Positions 36,801-47,154 of a stretch of DNA of 64,000 bases are shown here, one piece after another. The notes under the pieces are model-generated. The model made no database searches. It saw only the letters and a program-made list of their open reading frames with translations, and was not told the DNA's origin. Made by a program: the position numbers and the translations under genes. Source of the DNA: Klebsormidium nitens (lineage: Eukaryota; Plantae; Klebsormidiophyceae); contig DF237342.1 in assembly GCA_000708835.1 (NCBI GenBank), positions 1 to 64,000 of the forward strand. Direction: 5' to 3'. Numbering within the stretch: position 1 is the stretch's first letter; every line of letters starts with the position of its first letter.

Positions 36801-39800
36801 CCAAATTCGGACGTTTTGGACCCTCCCAAACTTCCGCCGGTTCTGTCAAGCCTTTTGTGGTCGATCCACCGCCGGTGTTTGTCTGTTAAGGTATACTAAA
36901 GTTAGGGGACTCCTTCGAGCTGGGGCCATATCGCCTTTTGGGGTCCGAAAACGAGGGCTCGCGAAGTTGTATGCTTTACGGAAGCAGTGCATACTTCCGT
37001 GAGATTTGGCACTCGTTGCAAACAGGTTTCGCGTGTTGGAGCATTCCAAACGTGCGCGCCATTGGCGTCCTCGGCAACCCGGTTTCTCGAGCACTACGAT
37101 CACAATATGTCTCGAGAGAAGCTGTGCACTGCAAACGGACTACAGAGGCTCGTGAATATGGATCCATCTCACAGTAACACCAAATCACGAGACCTCTTGG
37201 CTATGTCAAACAGTCTACCACTTCATCACAGGCCTCTAGAGCGCATTCTGGACTTTCTGAACCGCGACACCGGCTCACAATATGGTTGCTTCCCACAGCC
37301 TAATCTGCCCATCCCAGAAGACACCCCCGTCTCAAGACCTGTTGGCTACAGTGACCATTTTTCCTGTTCATCACAGGCCCCTAGAGCGCATACTGGACTA
37401 TTACTTGACGGAGCCGTGGGAGACGCCGCTGACGCTGAAGAACCTGCTCAAGCCGTGCCTCATCACCTCGTACGACCTCAGCCGGGCGTCCCCGCGCTTC
37501 TTTGTTCGGAAACTGGTGAGCCTCGCCAATTCCGTCCGGAATTATCATGTGTAAGTGGTAATTGAACGATTAAGACACGTAGTCATTGCTCACCGTTGCT
37601 TACTGTTGCTTGTTAGAATGAGTCAGTATGGTGTGCCCGGAACGAATAAGCGGCGACCCTCTTTTTTCAAAAGGTGAAGCGTATCTTGCTGGCCGTTATC
37701 CGACGTCGGTATTCAAGGAGGATTGCTCTTTTCCACTTTGCAAAGCAGCGCAACGGCTCAATGTGTTTCTCCACTCATTTAACCTGGCACTCGCAAGACC
37801 CTCAACCTCCAAACCCTGATGTGTTCCGAAGGGCCAGCGCTTGGACTTCCACAATATTGTACCGCACACCGTGTGCCGCTCCAACCCTGCCAAAGCACTA
37901 TAAACGAGCAGTATCTGGTTCAGCGCAACTTCGACTCCCATAAAACTCAGGAACTTTGATACTCCGAAAATCTGGCAAGACCTTGAATCCTGAACATCTC
38001 TTCCAGGCCCAGTAGTCCGACCCGCACGACTTTCTAAAGGTCGGGGACTGTCGGTCCTGAGATTTTGAAGCTCGATTTTTGCCCCTGCGTACTTGAAAAG
38101 AGCAACGGAATCTCGACCACCGTCTAATACGGGGACGTTGGGACTCTGAAATGTTGAAACAACGCAAGTCGGAAAAACACAACATTCATCCAACTCTCCC
38201 AGGCCCAGCTGTCGGACTCCCACGACTTTCGGCTGCGCGACGTGTGCCGCGCCACCGCGGCCGCGCCGTCCTACTTCAAGCCCGCGTGCATCTGGTCGGT
38301 CGACGAGAGCACCCGGGCGGTGTGCGCCGACGGGGGCATCATCGCGAATAACCCGGTTAGTCACTTAAGCCCGCCATTATTTATCAGTTTCGCTACATCT
38401 GACCCGATCCGTAAGAATATCTGTTCTATCTTCAAGCCCGCGTGCATCTGGTCGGTCGACGAGAGCACCCGGGCAGTGTGCGCTAATGGGGGTATCATCG
38501 CAAATAACCCGGTTAGTCAATCAACTCCGCCATTAAGTATCGGCTTCGTTACATCCGACCCGATCCGCGAAGATATCCGTTCTATCTTCAAGCCCGCGTG
38601 CATCGAGTGCGTCGACAAGAGCACCCGGGCAGTGTGTGCTGACGGGGCCGTCATCGGGTTATTCTGGTGAATAACCCGGTTAGTCGCCAAATACTCATTT
38701 TGAACTCAATGTGGAGTTCAATTATCTTAAACCGATCCGTGAGGAGAAGCGTCCCACTCCAAGCCGGCATGCATCTGGTCTGTCGACGAGAGCACCCCGA
38801 CGGGGCATAATCGTGAAACACTCGACTGTTGAGTAGTTCCGTAAAGTTTAGCCCGGTCCGTGAGGATAACCGTCCTACTTCAAGCCCCCGGGTAGTCACC
38901 TGTCAAAGTGTGACCGGGCCAGTACCTGGTCGTATGCACGCCCGGCCAGTAGTTGCTCGACTCTTAGAAAAGTTATCTGCAAACAACCCGATCAACGGTG
39001 AAGCTTATCGAGTCTTCTTCGGGTGGTAGCTAGGTTTGTTCTTTGACTTGATGCGATTACCGGTCAAGTTCGCCGTCGCCGTAATCGCCATTTCTCGTAG
39101 GGCTCTTCTTGCGTCAACCCAGGGCCGGCGAAGTAGTCTCCAAACCCAATCCCATTTCAAAACAACTTAATGCACCTGAGGATGAGCACCTTCTTGAAAG
39201 TCTGAGCCTGACTTGTTTTGACTCTCTTCAGTGCGTCACTAGACGTTAGCCGTAACTGGCCTTCGCTTGCAAACTCGTTGTGGAGACTCGGTTAGTCCTG
39301 GTAGTTACACTCAGCAAGGTCGACTATCGGCAAGCATCTCCCATCATGTTCCGGGCTTGATTCTGGCGCAGTCAAAATCACGCACGGCTGACCTCTCATC
39401 TGTGCCGTGCGCAGACTTTGGCCGCGGTCAACCATCTCATCGTCAACCGGGAAGAGTTTCCGACGTCCAGCCTGACGCGGCCGCGGCTGGTGCTCAGTCT
39501 GGGAGCAGGTGGGTTACTTTAACCAAAATTTTGACCAGAAGCTACCGGTTGTCACCCTGAAGGGCTGAAGGGTTGAACTATATTTTCTAGTCAGCTGCAG
39601 TCGTCCACCGGCCGGCTTTCGTTTTCTGGCAGACTTAGATTCCAAGCAAGGGACACCGGTCGGCAGTCAGCCGGTGCGATTGGTGTTCTTGCTTGTCTTG
39701 AACAGAAGAAAACCTGTCTGGATCTTGTCATATGCCATTTTCTGGACTCGAGCGGAACGAGCTCGAAAGCTGGCACCAGATTGAGAACTCATATTGATGG

Positions 39801-42800
39801 CTCGATGGTCCTTTAACCTCTTTGGCAGACCCACATCTATCTTTTCGTTTGTCTGATGCTCTTCTCTCAGCGCGCCGGCAGACGATGAGCGCCCAACCTG
39901 CCGATCCTCATTCTGGGCGGCAGAAGCGAAAGTCCAATTTGAAATTGGACGTTGCGAAGGCCGTCGTTATATTGACCGTGAAGTTGAATTGTTCTGAGAA
40001 TGTGACCGTTAGGTTCTTGACGTCGTCGGCGTTTACGAATGACGTCCACCGAACCTCGCCGTCCTTCCGGAGGCCTTCTTTTTCACCATATCGTCTTTCC
40101 CGGCGAGGGCGTGGAGACGCACGACTACAAGCGCGCGCGGTAAAAGGGCGTCGGAAATCGTGCTCGTCGGCTTTCTTACGTCGTCCGCGTGCGTGAGGCC
40201 TTGTTTCTGATATTGTTGCATCTTCAGGCGAGGGCGTGGACACGTATGACTACAAGCGCGCGCGCCAGTGGGCACCAGAGTTTGGCAGACGTGAGCCCTT
40301 CCTATGCGTCACGAGCCCTGAAAATGCGTTTAGTCAGGAACCAGAAAATGACGGTTCGAGGCCTTGTTTCTGACCTTGTTGCACTCCCAGGCGAGGGCGT
40401 GGACACGTACGACTACAAGCGCGCGCGGCAGTGGGGCCTGCTGGGGTGGGCGGTCCCCGTGATGGAGATGATGCTGTGGGGGAACGGCAACACCGTCGAC
40501 TTCATCATGACGCTCTTCTCCGAGGCGCTCTCAACAGCCAAGTCCTACCTCCGCATCGAGGCACGTGTTTCACCGCAAACTTTGACATTTGCAGCTTTCA
40601 AGTCCTTTCTTCTTTTCCTCCTTGGCTCCCCGCGCGAGCCGCTCCCTTCAGCAAGTGGTTTGAGTCCTTATGCTTTTTGCTTGTTCGCTCCTTCTCCGAG
40701 GCGCTCTCCCCCGCCACTTCGTACCTCCGGCCGGATCAAGTCACATCCTCCGCCAAAACGCTGAAAGATTTGAGTTTCCACAATATGTCGCAAATCGGGT
40801 GATCCTTTCTTTCCGAGGCGCTCTCTACCGCCAAGTCCTACCTCCGGATCGAGGTATGTGCCCCTCCGCTGTGATTTGAAGAGTTCCACGGAAAATTCCG
40901 GCGTTTCCTGAACTTTCACAGACCGAGAATTATGTTCTCTCCTCCGTTGTGCTACTCTGAACAGCTCAGCATCGCTTAGTCCTACCTCCGCATCGAGGCT
41001 CGTGTGTTTCAACTAACATTCGTAGTCGAGGAGACCCACCTTTCGATTGAGGCACGGAATCTGTCACCGTCTCCAGGGTTTCAAGTCATCCCATCGAATG
41101 CGTAGGTAAACTGTGATTTCCAGGCTGCTCTTTCTCTTTCTTCCGCTCAGCCGCATAATAGAATCAACAAGCAGTAAAAAGGAAACCAAGTGCTTATTTA
41201 CCTCAGCACTTGGCCGCTTCCAATAAAGCGTCTGACCGAAATGTTTATCCAGATTAATGGATGACACGCATTAAGAGGGTGCGTATTCACTCTCACCGGG
41301 CGCCGCTCGTTCAGTCCTCCAGGTGAAGAACCTATCCGGGACCACGAAACAGCTGGACAACGCCACCGTCGCCAACGTCACGAGGGGGTGACACTGGATT
41401 GGCTTCAATATTCAACCCCATCAAGGGCGAATGCACACTGGAACCACCGGTCGCCACTCTCTGTCTTTTTAGCTGAAAGAACTTGACTAGGACCACGAAG
41501 CAGCTGACAACGTCAGCCCCGCCAACGTCACAACGGTACGCTGAACCCGCTGCCAAAGATACGAGCATTATGAGCGCATTCACACTGTATTCACCGGTCG
41601 CCACTCTCTGTCTTTCCCCAGGTGAAGAACCTGACCGGGACCACGAAGCAGCTGGACAACGCCACTCCCGCCAACATCGCCGCACTGGAGAAGCTGACCG
41701 AGGAAGCGCTCGCGAGCAAGGCCGTCACGCTCGACCGGTGAGCCCCCGCCCTTTCGCCTCGCGTGCTTTTGTTTCTGTGCTTCTACGCGCCGCGTATTTT
41801 TAAGCCGTATAAACTTTTTAAATCAGCATTGATAGTTTCCTTGATGCGAGTCGGAAAAGGAAAAGTCCTGGGAAGCTCGACAGTACGCCCGAAATCCTTT
41901 CCACGCACTTCTCTCCTCTTCGCCCCTCAAGATTGCCTTGAAAGGGCTGAAAACAGCAATCTGCAAATTGACCCCAAAACAATTCCTGGCAGCCTGCTGA
42001 AAGGACACATTGGTTCGAAAATCGTTACTTTCCATCGAGTACGTCCATGACGTACCAACTTCGAAGGTTGGTACGTCATTGCAATTCGTACGTCCATGCG
42101 CTATGCCCCTCGGTACTGTTCTTGTGCTCAATGCGGTCCCGTGATTCGGTTCATCCCCGTTCACGGTGCGCCGCGTCTCTCTCTTTCGCGTTCGTTTCCT
42201 TGCCGTGTTTCCGTATCTGCCCGCTCCTGGCCCAGGGTCCAGATGCTTACTCTGAAGCGAATCATACTGTAAAGCCTTAAAGGAGGGGCGCACGAGGTTC
42301 CCTAAATGAATCGCCGTTTGACGAAGGCCCTGCAGCCTGTAATCGCCAGTCCTTCAGCAAATATTGCGTGTGAAGTCGTCCTCTTTTGTGCTGGCCCGGT
42401 TGCCACTCCGTATGTTACAAATGCCGACCGATATGTTCCTGTGAAAGGTCCGCAAGCCAGAAGTCTGGTTTGTGAATCTTGGCTCACCCTTACCCGAGGC
42501 ACATTTCGGTAGATAAACATGTTGTGCCCAGAGGAAGTGGAAGCGTGTTCAGCATTTATGTTTTGGGCAGTTGAGTTATGACATTTCGCCGCTTCTCGTG
42601 AGCGCCGTTTTGGAATTGATCCTGAAACCTTTCCCGATTGCTCTCCGATGCCGCAGAGCCCCCCTGAATCCCCCCGGCCACGGGCCTGAACCCAAGACAA
42701 ATTCTGAATTACTGCAAGGGTGACAATCGCCCGGGCGGGCGCCGGGCGCGCTTAGATCAAATCCGCTGTCTCCGTTCACTGCCTCTGCAACGTCCTCGGC

Positions 42801-43453
42801 TTCTCCGTCTGTCACGGCTTCGACCAAGAGCTCAGACAGACAGCTGACGAACTACGTTTGGTCGAACCCGGATGACAGACCCTCCTTCCTTTCTGCAGTT
42901 TCAGTCACCTCGTAGATTCTATGCCTACAAGTCAAAAACTACAGCTTTCAACTCCAGCTTCTTCTCTGCACTGACGCAACCCACGATTCATGTAGTTTGC
43001 AACCCAAAAATCAGGTGGTTTTAACCCAAGGCTACCCAGATTTGCTCAGGATGCCAATCAGCCTTACGCAGGGTGCGTGTCAGCTCAGGAATGTCACGAA
43101 CGCCCTTTTTCTGAGCTGTAGAGCGTCACACTGTTCGCACACCCGAACACCTAACCCGACGCCTAACCCGACACCTAACCCCCCGTCTAACCCGCCCCAG
43201 GTACGGCTTCGTCCAAGAGCTCGACGAAACCTACGGGGAGCGCCTCGAGGAGTTTGCCGACGAGCTCATCGCGGAGGCCGATTCGCGCACGCGCCGCGCT
43301 GAGCCGACGGTGCGCATCTCCGCACCCGCGCCCGCGCGTCTCCGAGAGGACCTCCGGGGGAAGAAGGTCGACCGGGGGGGGGACTTTCTCTCGTGGAGGA
43401 AGCAGGAGCTGCCGGTCGGGGCACGACCCGCCAACCCGGGGGACAAAGTCTAG
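33833..43453 (+). CDS. Patatin-like phospholipase (pPLA) with long disordered N-terminal extension
   Basis: Nine frame-consistent exons: 33833-34817, 35506-35625, 36581-36755, 37377-37515, 38203-38355, 39415-39508, 40391-40560, 41622-41737, 43201-43453. Motifs [23 protein letters not shown] (GxSxG), [35 protein letters not shown]. Confidence 0.95.
36400..42850 (+). repeat. Multiple arrays of decayed exon-boundary copies in patatin introns
   Basis: Acceptor copies start at 36413, 37232, 38007, 40103, 40228, 41323, 41473 and about 42811. Donor copies end at 38511, 38678, about 40735, 40853 and 40997. Confidence 0.9.
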
Positions 43454-44982
43454 TATTTCTCAACCTAGTGAACAGCAAGCCTAGTGATCAGTAAGCATTT
43501 TGGGGTTCACTAAAAAGCCTAACCCAAAGATCACCCGCTTTGCATCAGTACCCAACCTAACCCCCTAACCAACCCTACCCGTCTGCATTACTGTTCACTG
43601 GCTGTTAGTGTTCACTGCATCGATCGGGATCAAAGTCTAGAATACGTGTGTAGTTTGATTGGGCTCGATAATGAAGCGCGCCACTCTTCTTGAAGTGTGG
43701 CCGGAATTCATCGTTGGAATATATAGTTTGGTGCATATGAAGAGGAGGGGCTAAGTAGCAAATGCGCCTCGACCAAATTTTTCTGCTGCTTCGACAAAGA
43801 TGAGTGGCGCTTTGCCGCGGAAAGCAGGTTAAATATTCCATGATTAGACATGCGCATTCGATGGCAGCGTCGGACGACCAGTCCGTTTGAGAGCGTCGAA
43901 GAGAAAGCCAATAGGGTGGAACATGGTTCTACGGGCCGAGAAGGGGCTTCTTGTATTGTGGGATTTGTTTGCAAGGACTAATTGATTCATACGGCCATGT
44001 CATGAATCAGGTCACTTGCATGTGCTCGGCACACTTCTGCTGACTTCAGCCTGCATCTTGCAAGTGGCTAATAGTTAACTTGTGATTGATACGAACTAAA
44101 ACTGATGAGCAACATGCATGCTTGCGCCTAGTGGCCGGTCCGGGCAGGAAGCGCAACTGAGCTCGTTAACCAGCTTTTATAGCTTGCTTAACCATACTAA
44201 GGTCGCAGATCCTGAATCTGGAATATATTGAACCTACCCGCCGCATCATACGCTTTTAATTTATCACATGACAATGCTCTTTGATCCAGGCTCGCAGCTG
44301 CAATGATTTGGCAAAATTGGAACCGGTGCATGAGACTTAGCTGCATATGTGTCTTGCACCAAGGATACATTACCATTTTGTACGTTAGCATCTGCACATG
44401 TATACATATATACATACATATATGATGCATATACATGAATGAATGATGGTCGCTTTTCAGATACGCCGTTCGCAATGGCGCCCAATCCGCATAATTAGCA
44501 AAGCCCGTTTTCTCGGGGGCAATTGTTCCACCTGCCGACTTCAACTTCTGACTTGTTTGAAGGTTTGCCAGAGACTATAAGACATTGCACAGCTTGCTGA
44601 GTTCAAACGGTTTGCTCCGTGTCATGGACTGGGTTTGCCATGGCTTGCTTGGGGGCGCACGCACACTGAGGTGACCCCATAGGTAGGACACAAAGGGACC
44701 TACGCCAGATCCGCATCCCGGAAGTTCAGATCAGAGTATACTAGAGACTCTGCAAACTTCGACCCAGCCCCGACGTTGCAGATGCCTTGTGAGGATCGTC
44801 TTTTTGAATATTACTGAAACCCACATACAGCAGGTTGCCCTTCCTCAATGCCTTACGTACTCGGGCCCTGATGCATATGGCAGCAAGAAATGCTCAATTT
44901 TCTCTCAGCTTTGAACAAAGATACATTTGACCAGACAGCCTATCATAGAAGAAGTTACAACAGATCAATCCAGAATTGGGGT

Positions 44983-46122
44983 TCAAGTTGACCCTACTTT
45001 CGATCGATTCTTCTTAAGCTGATACAGTCTGTTACCTGATAGAGTTTGGCATGACTTGCGAGAACGTTGTAAACCATCTGCCTCAGTCAAGTGTCTGCTA
45101 AACGCAGAAGTTTCTTTGACGACCTTGCAGATGCTACAACGTTTTGCATCTCTTGCAATATACACTTGTGATGCTTTGATCTTTGTTTCGCTTGCTTTCT
45201 TGAGCTCTTTAAAGCAAAGCTTGCAAAATCCATCGAGACCGGATGCTTTGCGGCAATTGCGATAGAATGCTTCTACAGGCAGGAGAGTGCTACAGCGGTT
45301 GCACAAATGTAGGTCATCGGAAGGTTCATGTAGCCGTGATCTATGGTAGTTTGAACTGCAAGCTCTGCACCGCGTCCGTATGCCACCCTCACTTCTCTTA
45401 TCAAGGCTGAATTGTCGGATCTTTTTCAAAACACCGCATTTTGTACATGTCTTGGCCCTCTTCTGAGCCTCTTCCAAGGACAGTAGCATGTGGTCAGGAA
45501 GTGCTTTCCCGCTGCGCTTTGCATGGAAAGTGGCTAGGCACGCTCTGCACCAATCACTTAGTCCATCAGGACCGCTATTCAACCTCCTAAAGTCCACTAG
45601 CGGTTTTGAGTCCTCACAATGTCTGCATCTTTTGGCCAAGACTCCAGAGAACTGCCGCTCTGATTCAGATGCCAGAAAATGCAAGTTGCCTCCTCCTGAC
45701 CATCCCTCTTCTTTCTTATCATAAGGCTCTGAGGAAAGTGCCTCCTTAGAGAACGAGCTTCCATCTTTTGCTGATGTTTGGCTAATAACTTGCGACTCAG
45801 CCAGATGATCTGCATCCCCAAGCTTGGCCCTTTCGCTCTCGGATCGAACATATACGGAGCCTAGTCCTAATTTCTTGACCTCTGGACTGTTCAAGGAAGA
45901 GTGGATTGGGTGCTGGAAGATGTGCTTTGCAGCCACAATTTTGGAGGGATCGTTGCAGCCCGAAGATTTGGAGCCCCAGTTCCAGGCAGCCACAGAATAG
46001 CGAGCTACTCTAGCGCCAAGGGCAGAAGATCTTGGCCCGCAGTCTGCAGGCAGAGAAAGAGGAGAAAATAAAGCCCTGGCGACCGTGCCAGACAGGCGAG
46101 GAAACCACGAGAGCGGCGCCAT
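44983..46122 (-). CDS. Intronless protein with four tandem C-x2-C...K-x4-F...G-x4-C-x2-C zinc-finger-like repeats and a transit-peptide-like N-terminus
   Basis: 379-codon ORF. Repeats CRHCEDSKPLVDF..DGLSDWCRAC, CTKCGVLKKIRQF..GGIRTRCRAC, CNRCSTLLPVEAF..SGLDGFCKLC and CSICKVVKETSAF..DGLQRSRKSC. The N-terminus is Ser/Arg/Ala-rich with few acidic residues. Confidence 0.75.
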   Translation of the reverse strand: MAPLSWFPRLSGTVARALFSPLSLPADCGPRSSALGARVARYSVAAWNWGSKSSGCNDPSKIVAAKHIFQHPIHSSLNSPEVKKLGLGSVYVRSESERAKLGDADHLAESQVISQTSAKDGSSFSKEALSSEPYDKKEEGWSGGGNLHFLASESERQFSGVLAKRCRHCEDSKPLVDFRRLNSGPDGLSDWCRACLATFHAKRSGKALPDHMLLSLEEAQKRAKTCTKCGVLKKIRQFSLDKRSEGGIRTRCRACSSNYHRSRLHEPSDDLHLCNRCSTLLPVEAFYRNCRKASGLDGFCKLCFKELKKASETKIKASQVYIARDAKRCSICKVVKETSAFSRHLTEADGLQRSRKSCQTLSGNRLYQLKKNRSKVGST

Positions 46123-47154
46123 AGCAACTGAATAATGATTCTCCTCCGAGCTTGCTGCATCCCTTCAACTTCAACTTCCAAGTTCATACCTGAGCAGCCT
46201 CAGGCTGAGCTCAGCCGTTCCTGGAAAGAGACGCAGAGGAGACCAGAGCTGCAGTCTGCAGAGCAGACTCAAGCAGACTCAGGCCCGGCCAATGAGCTCA
46301 GCGCATCCGAAAAACACGGTCCGACCTGGCAGACTCTGATTAGCTGCATACACACGCTTAGGTCAGCACCGAGAATTTCTGGCGCGAAGCATGCCCATGA
46401 CATGACGTCACGGGTGTGTATGTAGCCTATGCTGCACGTAGGCTACATAGTATGCAGCTCAGTGTCCTTCAAACAGGCAATGGAAGAAGCCCTTGATCAG
46501 CAACGTTCCTCAGCATCGCGGTCTGAGGGTGCTCTGAGTTGCTTCCCTGTTCAGGCAGATCCTCTTGTGCAAAGTGCTTGGTTGAAATGGTGGAGAGCGT
46601 CCGAATGTAACTTTGTGGCGGATTGCAGCAAGCGGAAGAAGGTAAGATGCCACAGTCGATTCAAGTCTCTCTGGCGACTATCTTGACGGAAGAAGTGAGC
46701 AACAACTGGGAGCTGGAGACAGTAGCTCTGCATAGAGGAGCTAAACAATTGGAGTGGCAGCAGGCACCTTCATTGAGTAGAAGCAATTGTGAATCTTTGT
46801 TTCAGGGGTTGCATTGGATGTTCCATCATTGTCAACCTGGTTCCTCTGCCTGCTATTCTGATATGAGTATCAATGAGGAGCCTCATTTTGGAGATCTAGG
46901 TGTAGCTGATCTGAGCAGAATCTCCAGCAAAGAGCGGCACTCATCAATTCCAATGCCACTGCGCTTGGGTCAAGCCAATGCTCTTGACAAACCCAACAAT
47001 CTTAACCAGCTTGGCACTGTCCCGTGGATATCAGTTTTATGTGCAGTGAGGCCTCTGGTACCTTGAACCTGTGCTTCGAGCTCTGATAAAGGTGAATGTT
47101 GATAGGACTTGCTTGTTGGTCATGGCTTAAGCATTCTTCCTTCCAACTCCCAGG

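Noticed and set aside
36400-42850. Repeat-spacer-like arrays as CRISPR or a transposon family
   Set aside because: Units are degenerate, differ from gene to gene, match the adjacent exon edge, and lie in eukaryotic introns. There are no cas genes, TIRs or TSDs.
44395-44445. (TACA/TATA)n-like tract
   Set aside because: A simple degenerate microsatellite with no further structure.
46135-47066. Plus-strand ORFs upstream of the B3 gene
   Set aside because: They have no motifs and an atypical composition. They are probably 5' UTR or intron of the B3 gene and cannot be supported as CDS.
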